Below are positions 9,319-18,557 of a stretch of 64,000 nt of DNA, piece by piece. The notes under the pieces were generated by a model that saw nothing but the letters and a program-made list of their open reading frames with translations, was not told where the DNA came from and did no database searches. Positions within the stretch are counted from its first letter, which is position 1, and every line of letters begins with the position of its first letter. The stretch comes from an uncultured Alphaproteobacteria bacterium (GTDB lineage Bacteria; Pseudomonadota; Alphaproteobacteria; Rhizobiales; Beijerinckiaceae). The stretch is taken from NCBI GenBank assembly GCA_963798015.1, contig CAWCSA010000025.1, forward strand, positions 43,971 through 107,970, read 5' to 3'. Made by a program: the position numbers and the translations under genes.

Positions 9319-10065
9319 TTATTTCAGCAGAACGTAGATGTTGACTTGCAGCGTCGGATCATCCGGGTCCTTCACGTCGTTCGCGTATTCCTCGATGAAG
9401 GTGTCCTGTGCATCGATCCCCTTGTCGTCGAGGTAGGCCGTGATGGCGTCGTAGGTGGCGTCAATGTCGCCGTATGCGCCCTGATGCTCGAAGCGCATCG
9501 CTTTGCCGCTCGGCGTTAGTCCGATCTTGACCGTGTCAGATAGGCTCGATTTGCCTTCAGGGGCGACTGCAAGCGGATATCCTGCGTGAAACTTGAAACC
9601 GGTGTCGTCGGATTCGACAAAGACGGCGAGCGGCCGGCCGGCCGGCGTGAGATTCGCCTTGTCCATGTCGCGCTTGACCGAGCTCAGCGAATTGAGAATG
9701 GCGCTGTAAATCTCGTCTTTGTCCGCCTTGCCCTCGATATAGGCGAAGGGCCGAGCAGGCAGATCGACATTTTCGCCGGTTGAGCTTTCTCCCGAAGTTG
9801 CGGGCCCGGCAGGGTTGGCGCCCTCTGGAGCGCCGAGTGCAGGATTTGTCGCCGAAGGCGCCTCGCCGGGCTTCGCGGGAACGGGTGATGGAGCCGCGGG
9901 GGCTTGGACCGCTGGCGGAACCGCGGGTGGTAGCGATGGGCTAGTCGGCGCTGGGGTTGAAGGAGCCGTGGCCGGCGCCTGCTGCTGAGCGAGGCCGGCA
10001 TTGGGAACGACCGCCGCAACCGCGAGAAAGCTCGCGACAGAGAAACGGATCAGACCGGATGACAT
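9319..10065 (-). CDS. Exported protein: signal peptide, Pro/Ala-rich linker, GyrI-like (effector-binding) domain
   Basis: Signal-like N-terminus SVASFLAVAAVVPNAGLAQQ, about 80 aa of PA-rich low complexity, then a roughly 150-aa C-terminal fold resembling GyrI/SOUL-type ligand-binding domains. Confidence 0.55.
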   Translation of the reverse strand: MSSGLIRFSVASFLAVAAVVPNAGLAQQQAPATAPSTPAPTSPSLPPAVPPAVQAPAAPSPVPAKPGEAPSATNPALGAPEGANPAGPATSGESSTGENVDLPARPFAYIEGKADKDEIYSAILNSLSSVKRDMDKANLTPAGRPLAVFVESDDTGFKFHAGYPLAVAPEGKSSLSDTVKIGLTPSGKAMRFEHQGAYGDIDATYDAITAYLDDKGIDAQDTFIEEYANDVKDPDDPTLQVNIYVLLK

Positions 10066-10160
10066 GACGGCTCAGTCCTCTGGCGCGGGCGGGCGGAGAT
10101 CGGCTTCGGCAGTTTAGAGCCACAACGCCGTCATAGGGAAGTGCGTTGCGTCTCGGACCA

Positions 10161-11705
10161 TTAAACCTGCTCGGGTTTTGTCCAGCGCAGCAAAGGCTGG
10201 CGGGCTGCGCGCGTCTCGTCGAGCCGGCGGCGCGGCGCATGGACCGGCGCCGCCCGGAACCGGCCGCCCGCGCCAGCTTTCGCGGCAATGGCCAAGTCGC
10301 GTATGGTCATAATGAACAGGTCGAGGCCCGCCTTGGACTCCGATTCGGTTGGCTCGATCAACATTGCCCCGTGAACGATGAGCGGGAAATAGACAGTCAT
10401 CGGGTGATAGCCTTCATCAATCATCGCCTTGGCGAAGTCGAGCGTCGTGAGACCAGTGTCCTTGAGCCAGCGGTCGTCGAACAGCGCTTCATGCATACAG
10501 GGACGATCGCCGAACGGCGCGCTCATCACATCGTTGAGGGAAGCGCGAATGTAGTTGGCGGACAGCACCGCATCTTCCGACGCCTGCCGTAGCCCGTCCG
10601 CTCCGTGCGAGAGAATGAAAGCGAGTGCGCGCACGAACATTCCCATTTGCCCGTGAAAGGCGCACATTCGTCCGAACAATTCACGTCCGTCGGCGTGCTC
10701 GACCAACCGAAGCGCTCCCCCTTCGCGCATAACGAACGGAACCGGCGCGTAGGCCGCGAGCCGCGACGACAACACGACTGGACCGGCGCCAGGGCCGCCG
10801 CCGCCATGCGGGGTCGAAAACGTTTTGTGCAGATTGATATGCATGGCGTCGACGCCGAGATCTCCCGGACGCGTCTTGCCCACGACGGCGTTGAAATTTG
10901 CTCCATCGCAGTAAAAGTAGGCCCCCGCCTCGTGGACCGAATCCGCGATGCCGACAATCTCTCGCTCGAACAGTCCGCAGGTGTTGGGGTTGGTCAGCAT
11001 GATCGCCGCAACGTCGGGCGCAAGCGCGCTCCGTACCGCTTCGGCGCCGACGATCCCGTCCTCGCCCGCCGGTATGGATCGTACCGAATAGCCGATCAGC
11101 GCGGCCGTGGCGGGATTCGTGCCGTGAGCGGAATCGGGAACCAGCACGACCCGTCGCGTCTCTCCTTCGCCCCGCGCCTCGATCGCAGCCTTGATCGCCA
11201 TCATGCCGCAGAGCTCCCCATGCGCGCCGGCCTTCGGCGACATGGCGATGGCGTCCATTCCCGTCAGCGTCAGCAACGCATTGGAGAGTGCTTCAATAAC
11301 TTCCAGCGCGCCCTGCGCCGTTGAGACGGGTTGCAGCGGATGCACGTCGGCGAAACCCGGCAGGCGCGCCATCTTTTCGTTGAGACGCGGATTGTGTTTC
11401 ATCGTGCACGAGCCCAACGGATAAAGTCCAGCGTCGATGGAATAATTGTTGCGCGACAAGCGCACATAGTGCCGGATTGCCTCCGGCTCAGTGAGGCCGG
11501 GCAGTTCGATCGCGCTACGGCGCGCGTGCGGCCCCAGTTTCGACTCGAATGCCGGCGGCGGGTCAATGTCGACTCCGGTCGCGTCGAAGCGCCCGCTCTC
11601 AAAGATGAGCGCCTCCTCCATGTTGAGCCCGCGGTTGCCGGTGAAGGTTTCCCCCGTTGAAGGGGCGGCTGTTTCGGGGCGCGTGGGGCGGCCCTGGACG
11701 TTCAT
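10161..11705 (-). CDS. gcvPB: Glycine dehydrogenase (decarboxylating) subunit 2
   Basis: 514 aa. LGSCTMKHNP, INLHKTFSTPHGGGGPG (PLP lysine region). Operon context gcvT-H-PA-PB. Confidence 0.95.
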   Translation of the reverse strand: MNVQGRPTRPETAAPSTGETFTGNRGLNMEEALIFESGRFDATGVDIDPPPAFESKLGPHARRSAIELPGLTEPEAIRHYVRLSRNNYSIDAGLYPLGSCTMKHNPRLNEKMARLPGFADVHPLQPVSTAQGALEVIEALSNALLTLTGMDAIAMSPKAGAHGELCGMMAIKAAIEARGEGETRRVVLVPDSAHGTNPATAALIGYSVRSIPAGEDGIVGAEAVRSALAPDVAAIMLTNPNTCGLFEREIVGIADSVHEAGAYFYCDGANFNAVVGKTRPGDLGVDAMHINLHKTFSTPHGGGGPGAGPVVLSSRLAAYAPVPFVMREGGALRLVEHADGRELFGRMCAFHGQMGMFVRALAFILSHGADGLRQASEDAVLSANYIRASLNDVMSAPFGDRPCMHEALFDDRWLKDTGLTTLDFAKAMIDEGYHPMTVYFPLIVHGAMLIEPTESESKAGLDLFIMTIRDLAIAAKAGAGGRFRAAPVHAPRRRLDETRAARQPLLRWTKPEQV

Positions 11706-11728
11706 GGGAAGCGCTCTCTATTCGGGCT

Positions 11729-13072
11729 TTATCGCAGGCAATCAGCAAGCGCCTGCGCGTAGGCCGCACGGTCGCCGTCGGTATTCGTCTCCGTACTCGC
11801 GACGATGATGCAATCGTCGAGCCCGCCTCCGGGCAGGAGCCGCGAAACCGGCAATCCGCCGATCACTTCCCGCTTCGCCAAAGCCTCGATCAGTTCGGCG
11901 GCGGGTCGCGGCGTGCGCATGACGAACTCGTTGAAGAAATGGGTATTGATCACCTCGACCGATGGAATCGCGGAAAGTCGTTCGGCGAGTTGTACTGCGT
12001 TGGCGTGATTGACCTTCGCCAGGCGCTCGAGCCCGACAGCGCCGAGCAGGGTGAGATGGATTGAGAACGCGAGCGCGCATAACCCTGAATTGGTGCAAAT
12101 GTTGCTCGTCGCCTTCTCGCGGCGGATATGCTGCTCGCGGGTGGAAAGCGTAAGCACGAAGCTGCGCCTACCCTCCGCGTCGACCGTCTCGCCGGCCAGA
12201 CGCCCCGGCATCTGGCGCACGTTCTTGGCCCGCGTTGCGAACAAGCCGACATAAGGGCCGCCGAAATTAAGCGCGTTGCCGATCCCCTGTCCTTCTCCGA
12301 CCGCGATGTCGGCGTTCATCTCGCCGGGCGAGCGTAAGAGGCCGAGGGCGACCGGATCGGTGAAGACCGCAATCAGGAGTGCGCCACGCGCTTGCGCCGC
12401 CGCGGCGATGGGGGTCAGATCGCGCAGATTGCCGAAGAAGTCGGGCGACTGAACGATCACACAACTCGTCTCGTTGTCGATCGCCGCGGCGATGTCTTCG
12501 CTCGCCTTCAAATCCGGGGCTAAGCGGACGATTTTGTCGCCCGCCATATGCGCCAGCGTTGCGCAGACGTCGACGTACTGCGGATGCAGCCCGCCGGAGA
12601 TGACCGACCTGTTGCGCCGCGTCAGGCGATGGGCCATCAACATCGCTTCGCCGCACGCGGTCGAACCGTCGTACATCGAGGCGTTCGCAACCTCCATTCC
12701 GGTCAGCGCGGCGACCTGGGTCTGAAATTCGAACAGGACTTGCAGCGTGCCCTGCGCGATCTCTGGTTGATAGGGCGTATAACTCGTCAGGAATTCGGAC
12801 CGCTGGATCAGATGATCGACGGTCGCGGGAATGTGTCGCCGGTAGGCGCCGGAGCCAAGAAAAAACGGAACCGATCCCGCGGCCATGCTCCGGCTGCCGA
12901 TCGCGGTCATCGCTCGTTCGACCGCCATTTCGCTCTTCGCCGGCGGCATGTCGAGAAAGCCTTAAATCCGCTTGTCGGCCGGAATGTCGGCGAATAGCGC
13001 TTCGATGTCCGGAACCCCGATGCGGGAAAGCATCGCCTCGCGTTCGCTTGTGTCGAGCGGCAGATAGCGCAT
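11729..13072 (-). pseudogene. gcvPA: Glycine dehydrogenase subunit 1 interrupted by an in-frame TAA at codon 37
   Basis: ATG 13072 gives MRYLPLDTSEREAMLSRIGVPDIEALFADIPADKRI. TAA follows at 12964-12962. The same frame continues GFLD-M(12949)PPAKSEMAVERAM... into the 406-aa ORF. Confidence 0.8.
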
Positions 13073-13076
13073 GGCT

Positions 13077-13457
13077 TTAAGCCAGAGTCTTGAGGAAGTC
13101 GGCGTAAGCTGCCTCGTCCATCAAGGCGCTCAATTCGCCGGCGTCCGCGAGTTTGATGCGAAAGAGCCAGCCGCGCCCGAGCGCGTCTTCGTTGATGAGG
13201 CCCGGCGTCAACTCGACCTCGGAATTGACGGCGAGGACTTCGCCCGAAGCCGGTGTGAACACGTCGCTCGCCGCCTTGACGCTCTCGACCACCGCAGCGG
13301 GATCGCCCTTTTTCAGCGCCTTACCAACCGGCGGCGTCTCAGCAAAGACCACGTCCCCGAGCTGCTGCTGCGCGTAATCGCTGATGCCAACCACGCCTTC
13401 GCTGCCCTCGACGCGGATGTATTCGTGGTCCTTGCTGTAGCGGATCTCCGGCATCAT
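13077..13457 (-). CDS. gcvH: Glycine cleavage system H protein
   Basis: 126 aa with lipoyl-lysine motif VESVKAASDV. Confidence 0.95.
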   Translation of the reverse strand: MMPEIRYSKDHEYIRVEGSEGVVGISDYAQQQLGDVVFAETPPVGKALKKGDPAAVVESVKAASDVFTPASGEVLAVNSEVELTPGLINEDALGRGWLFRIKLADAGELSALMDEAAYADFLKTLA

Positions 13458-14596
13458 GCGTCTCCTTGCTCAATGCGATAATAAGCGTGGGGATGAAAAG
13501 GCAGCGTGACAACATGCGCGCTCAAGGGCTTGCCACGGACGATGAGATTGATTGGCGTTCCGACCGCCGCGTGGGCGCGCGCAACGTAGCCCATGGCGAT
13601 TGGACCGTTGACGCTTGGCCCAAACCCGCCGGATGTCACGAGGCCGATCTGAGCACCGCCTGACGACACAATCTCCGCTCCTTCGCGCGCTGGCGCACGG
13701 CCGTCCGGCCGCACGCCCACGCGGCGACGCGCTGGGCCTTTCGCCAACGCGCCCTGAATCCGCTCCGCGCCGGGAAAACCTCCCTCGACGCGGCGGCGCT
13801 TCTGAATCGACCAGGATAGACCGGCTTCGATCGGGTCGACCGTCTCGTCGAGTTCATGGCCGTAAAGGCAAAGTCCCGCCTCGAGCCTCAGCGAGTCGCG
13901 CGCGCCAAGGCCGATCGGCGCGACGTCCTGCTGATCGAGCAGAGTGCGGGCGAAGCTCTCTGCCTGCGCCGACGCGATGGAGATCTCGTACCCGTCTTCG
14001 CCCGTGTAGCCTGAGCGCGAGACGAAGGTCTCGAATCCCGCGATCCGCGCCGGTCGCGCGCTCATGAAGGCCATGGTCTCGATCGCCTCTCTAGGTGCGA
14101 GCTCCGCCAGCGTCCGGGCGGCGAGGGGCCCTTGGAGCGCGATCAGCGCCGCGTCGGGAAGCGGCGTCAGGCGAACGCCCGATGGCAGGCGCTGGCGAAT
14201 GAGGGCGAAGTCGACATCTTTTCGCGAGGCGTTGACGACGAGCCTCAGCGCACGGTCTGCGCCCGGCGCGCGGGTGATCATGAGGTCATCGACAATTCCA
14301 CCATTTTCGTTGAGCAACTGGGTGTAGCGCTGACGACCCGGAGCGAGGTTCAGAAAATCTGCCGGACAGAGCGATTCGAGGAAGCTCGCAACGGCTGCGT
14401 GGTCGCCGCCCTCGATCAGCGCCTGACCCATATGCGAAACGTCGAATAGCCCAGCAGCTTGGCGAGTATGGAGGTGCTCGGCGAGGACCCCAGAGCGATA
14501 TTGGATCGGCATGTCGTAGCCTGCGAACGGCGACATGCGCGCGCCAAGCTCGACGTGCAGAGCGTGGAGCGGCATCTTTTGGTTGGCTTCGGTCAT
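13454..14596 (-). CDS. gcvT: Aminomethyltransferase (glycine cleavage T protein)
   Basis: From ATG 14596 (MTEANQKMPLHALHVELGARMSPFAGYDMPIQY). 4-nt overlap with gcvH. Confidence 0.95.
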   Translation of the reverse strand: MTEANQKMPLHALHVELGARMSPFAGYDMPIQYRSGVLAEHLHTRQAAGLFDVSHMGQALIEGGDHAAVASFLESLCPADFLNLAPGRQRYTQLLNENGGIVDDLMITRAPGADRALRLVVNASRKDVDFALIRQRLPSGVRLTPLPDAALIALQGPLAARTLAELAPREAIETMAFMSARPARIAGFETFVSRSGYTGEDGYEISIASAQAESFARTLLDQQDVAPIGLGARDSLRLEAGLCLYGHELDETVDPIEAGLSWSIQKRRRVEGGFPGAERIQGALAKGPARRRVGVRPDGRAPAREGAEIVSSGGAQIGLVTSGGFGPSVNGPIAMGYVARAHAAVGTPINLIVRGKPLSAHVVTLPFHPHAYYRIEQGDA

Positions 14597-14671
14597 GGGA
14601 TCGCCGGTCGAACGTAAGCGCCCGCAGTCACGCCAACCGCACCATTGCGGCTTTAGCGCTCGCGGACGCCC

Positions 14672-14855
14672 CCTCTGTCCCAATGACCTGAGAGATTTCC
14701 CGCTTCTTAGCGGTTACCCCGTCGGTGGGCGCGCCTTAAAAGGCGCTTGCCTCTTTCCAGAGTGTCATCACCTGCGCGGTCCCTAGTGCCTGAGCGTTTC
14801 CGGGGCGGTTGCGCCTTCGGCGCCGGCGAAGATTAAGCCGGACTCTTCCGCGAAG
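14672..14855 (-). promoter_or_regulatory. Tandem glycine riboswitch in the gcvT leader
   Basis: The minus strand shows two aptamer-like units. Unit 1: CGCGGAAGAGTCCGG..GCGCCGAAGGCGCAACCGCCCCGGAAACGCTCAGGCA..GGACCGCG. Unit 2: CTCTGGAAAGAGGCAAGCGCC..CCCACCGACGGGGTAACCGC..TCTCAGGTCATTGGGACAGAG. Confidence 0.85.
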
Positions 14856-15391
14856 TGTCTTCGACTGACATGTCCGAGCTAGCCCGAGGGCCCACGCGTT
14901 GTCAACGCAAGATCCAGCCTGCCGGGTTGGGTCAGACCGGCCAAACTGTTCTCGCAACTCCATGATCCGGCGGACCCAAGAGAGCGTCCCCGCAACTCGA
15001 TGGATTCAGTCTAGCGGGATCGAAAGACAGGGTATGAAATATAAATCATAGTTTATAAATTTAACTTCATAAGTTTATCTAAGTAATGTTGAGGCTATAT
15101 ATCAAATATATAATGAACTTAGGTTTATAAATAAAGCTATATGAAAGCAAATTCATCTTATATTTGTGCTAGTTATGCAACACTACTGGAATAATGGCCG
15201 TCGTTTGGCTATTTATTGCCAAATATGAGTTGAGAGCGGAAGTAATTTGCGTATGGTCAACCATGCGAGCGTGACGATTCCCGATCGCAACTGGGTCCGA
15301 CGACTTGCTGGGCAATGCGCCGACATCCGGAAGAGCTGGCGGTCAGGTGAAAAACGACCCGACGCCCACAACATTGAACTGGAGGTCACAT

Positions 15392-17020
15392 ATGACGCTC
15401 ATTGAGAGCATTTTGCTGGGGTCGGGGGCGGCGCTGGTCGCCGTTGCCGGCGCCCAGGCGGCTGATCTTCCGACCAGGAAGGCGGCGCCGGTTGAGTATG
15501 TTAGAGTTTGTAACGTTGGCGGCATTACCGGCTGGACACTGCCGGGCTCCGACACCTGCGTGAAGATGAGCGGTTTTATGACCTCGCACTTCATCGGCGG
15601 CAACCTGTCGAGCCAGTACAATTCGGCGTCTTCGGTCCCGGCATTGGCGCCGATCGCGGCGGCGCTTGAGCCGGGAAACACGGCTGGCCATCTCTCTCAG
15701 ATCCTCATGGTTCAGGGCGGCGATTCGGCGGCGCCCATCTTCAACGGCATCACCGGCAAGTCGCTCGGCATCACCCTGCCGAACCAGCAGAACTCGACTT
15801 TCAATCGCGATCAGGTCGGCTGGAATATCCGCGCCAATCTCGGCTTTGATTTCGCGTCGAATACTGCCTATGGCCCGTTGATTGGCCACATTGCCATCAA
15901 TGCGGACACCGGCAACGGCCTCGACAGCACCCGCGGCGCCTTCACCTATGTGGACCAAGGGTATGTGACCTGGGCGGGCATCACGGCTGGTAAGGCGGCG
16001 TCGTTCTACTCGTTCATCGGCGGCGGCGACAACTGGAACAACTTCTTCTCGCCCGATCAAAGGGGCTTCAACGAACCGATTCTCCTGGCCTACACCGCCT
16101 CGTTCGGGGGCGGCTTTACGGCGACGCTCGCTGCGCAAAGTCAAGGCGTAAACGGCTTCTCCGGCGGCGGCACGAACTTGAGCGGCGGTTACGGCGGCGG
16201 GCAGAACATGGGGTCGGGGATCTTCGCACCCGGCGGGGTTCCCGGTCCGACCACGTTTGGCGGCCAGAAATGGCCCGATATCGTTGGCGCGTTGCATGTC
16301 AAGCAGGGGTGGGGCGAGGCCCAGGTCTCCGGCGTGATCCACAACGTCAATGTGAGGGATTACGACTATTACGGCACGGGTGTGGCAGACTGCGGGGTCT
16401 TGGCAGTCGACGGCTGCAACGCGAGCGAGGGCAAGGTCGGCTGGGGTGTCGATGCTGGCGTGAAGGTCAACCTGCAAGGCTTGGCTGGGGTGTTCGCCCC
16501 CGGCGACGACATAATTTTGACTGGCTCCTACACCCGGAACGCAGTTTGGTATTCGGGTCTGCCGGACGCCATGAATGGTGAGCTTGGGCAGGTCAACGGA
16601 AACGGTCAGCCGATGTACTTGGCCGACGCTTACTTCAATCCGCTGACCAATCAGTGGTCGACACCGACCGCCTGGTCCGTCAGCGGGTTGCTGGAGCACC
16701 ACTGGACGTCGACTATTTATACCGACCTTGAAGCTTCGGTCGGCGGGGTCAGCTGGAGCGGCATGAACGGAAGCGTGTTGGGCGTCGGCACGGGGGTCCT
16801 CTCGCCCAGCGCCTTCACTTATCTCATTGGCGCGGATATCGGCTGGAACCCGGTCACCAACCTCAACTTCGACCTTGAGTTGATGTATCAGAGCGTGAGC
16901 CAGGAACGGCCCACGGCGCTGGTGGGGACGGTATTGAGCAACGGCGCGTTCATTCCGGGCGCCTGGGAAGGAGACAGCAGCGGCTTCCAGGGCCGTCTCC
17001 GCATCACCCGCTACTTCTGA
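15392..17020 (+). CDS. Outer-membrane porin, Rhizobiales porin family (Omp2/RopA-like), paralogue 1
   Basis: RBS ggagg 7 nt before ATG 15392. Signal peptide MTLIESILLGSGAALVAVAGAQA. Gly/Asn/Tyr-rich beta-barrel composition. C-terminal ...RLRITRYF. Confidence 0.9.
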   Translation: MTLIESILLGSGAALVAVAGAQAADLPTRKAAPVEYVRVCNVGGITGWTLPGSDTCVKMSGFMTSHFIGGNLSSQYNSASSVPALAPIAAALEPGNTAGHLSQILMVQGGDSAAPIFNGITGKSLGITLPNQQNSTFNRDQVGWNIRANLGFDFASNTAYGPLIGHIAINADTGNGLDSTRGAFTYVDQGYVTWAGITAGKAASFYSFIGGGDNWNNFFSPDQRGFNEPILLAYTASFGGGFTATLAAQSQGVNGFSGGGTNLSGGYGGGQNMGSGIFAPGGVPGPTTFGGQKWPDIVGALHVKQGWGEAQVSGVIHNVNVRDYDYYGTGVADCGVLAVDGCNASEGKVGWGVDAGVKVNLQGLAGVFAPGDDIILTGSYTRNAVWYSGLPDAMNGELGQVNGNGQPMYLADAYFNPLTNQWSTPTAWSVSGLLEHHWTSTIYTDLEASVGGVSWSGMNGSVLGVGTGVLSPSAFTYLIGADIGWNPVTNLNFDLELMYQSVSQERPTALVGTVLSNGAFIPGAWEGDSSGFQGRLRITRYF

Positions 17021-17048
17021 TCGCATCGCGATTCCGTTGAAACTGACA

Positions 17049-17078
17049 GCCCCGGAGCGAAAGCTCCGGGGTTTTTTT
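17049..17078 (+). terminator. Rho-independent terminator of porin 1
   Basis: gccccggagc-gaaa-gctccggggt followed by a T7 run. Confidence 0.85.
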
Positions 17079-17226
17079 GCCGGCGTCGCTTGATTCCAGC
17101 CTCAAGGCCCTCTCTCCGGATCCCGTCGTCTCGCTCCCAAGGCGCTGTCGACCGAGCCGGCGGGGTAAGGGAGATGAGCCCAGAGCTGACCGAGCCCCAA
17201 GCGCAACTATCGGGCGAGTTTCGTGC

Positions 17227-17283
17227 AAGGAAAACCAAGGAAAACCAAGGAAAATCCCTTGGATTTCCTTGGATTCCTTTGGT
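17227..17283. repeat. Palindromic tandem repeat (CCAAGGAAAA x3 facing its complement)
   Basis: caaggaaaaccaaggaaaaccaaggaaaatcc-ctt-ggatttccttggattcctttgg. It can fold into a long imperfect hairpin. Confidence 0.6.
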
Positions 17284-17644
17284 CGAATCGAGACTTTTCA
17301 ACGGGTTATGACGAATCCTAAGAAAAAAATCGCGGGCACGCTAAACTCGCCTCCTCGATTGTGCTCCATTAAAGATCCCAGGACGCCATGTCTTTGCCTG
17401 CGTCCGGCTTGCGGTCCGCGCTATATTCCGCAAGAGAGAAGACATTATCATATATTTCTATTTATACAAAGAAAATGCAGAAATATCACGTGACCGGCCC
17501 GTCTCGTTTTTTCGCACGAGCCCGGGTTGTCCCAAAGACCGGACTGACTCGGACGCAGAAGCCGCCTTGAAGCGTCAGCCACGGGCTAATACAAGTGAAT
17601 TAATGCGCGCTTTCGGTCGAGACTCAGTCGAAAGCCGTCAGTAG

Positions 17645-18391
17645 TCAGTGCTCCGCGTTCAACTTGAATCCGACGGACCTGACGGAGACGATGAGGCGCC
17701 GGTCGCCGGCCGGGTCGAGCTTGCGGCGCAGATTGCCAATCTGCACGTCGACCACGTTGGTGTAGGCGGGAGGCTGGAAATTCCAGACGTCCTCGAGCAG
17801 CATCGCGCGAGTGACGGTTTGGCCTGGGCGGCGCATAAAATATTCGAGCAGCTGGAATTCCCTCGGAACGAGGTCGACCGGCCTGCCCTCGCACCTGACA
17901 GTTCGCTCGATCAAGTCCATTTCCAGATCGTCCACCCTAAGCCGGATGACTCCCATGTCGCCGCCTCGGCGCAAGAGAGCTTCGACCCGCGCGGTCAGTT
18001 CGCGAACATCGAATGGCTTGACCAGATAATCGTCGCAGCCGGCTTTCAATCCCGCAATTCGTTCATCGACGGACGCGAGCCCGCTGATGGCGAGGGCGGG
18101 CGTCCACTTTCCTTCGCTGCGCAGCGTTTCAATGATCGAAAGTCCGTTCTCGCCATCCAGGAGCCGGTCGACAACGAGGACGCTCGCGTCGCCCGAACGC
18201 GCCGCCCGAAGCCCCTCGGTCAATGTCTCCGCGACCTGGACGGTGTGACCGCCAGCCTCCAGGTCGAGGCGAATTTCCTCCGCGAGTTCGCGGTCGTCCT
18301 GAACGACGAGAACGCGACTGCCGCCTCCGGGCTTCGGCTGTTGCTCGCCGAATACGCCCATGCCTACAGAAGACGAATGATGATCATTCAT
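17645..18391 (-). CDS. OmpR/PhoB-family response regulator with no adjacent histidine kinase
   Basis: From ATG 18391. Receiver domain (VLVVQDD..., VLVVDRLLDGENG, LVKPF) plus winged-helix output (LVPREFQLLEYFMRRPGQTVTRAMLLEDVW). Confidence 0.9.
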   Translation of the reverse strand: MNDHHSSSVGMGVFGEQQPKPGGGSRVLVVQDDRELAEEIRLDLEAGGHTVQVAETLTEGLRAARSGDASVLVVDRLLDGENGLSIIETLRSEGKWTPALAISGLASVDERIAGLKAGCDDYLVKPFDVRELTARVEALLRRGGDMGVIRLRVDDLEMDLIERTVRCEGRPVDLVPREFQLLEYFMRRPGQTVTRAMLLEDVWNFQPPAYTNVVDVQIGNLRRKLDPAGDRRLIVSVRSVGFKLNAEH

Positions 18392-18557
18392 CGTTTTGGC
18401 GTCTAGTTCTTCGCTTTGACTTGTACGCCTATGCAGGCGCCAATCATATAAGCTGTCAGCTTTCACGATTTGTCACCAAAATAGAAGTTGTCGAATTGGC
18501 GATTTCCCGCGGGCCTGTTCGGTGCGCAGTGTGGAAAGTTATCACGTGATCGCTAAG

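Noticed and set aside
15386-17026. 546-aa minus-strand ORF
   Set aside because: Antisense shadow of porin 1. The plus-strand frame has an RBS, a signal peptide, beta-barrel composition and a terminator.
17077-17493. 138-aa ORF and its neighbours across the palindromic repeat
   Set aside because: The reading frames are created by the CCAAGGAAAA repeat and continue into AT-rich sequence. There are no coding signatures.
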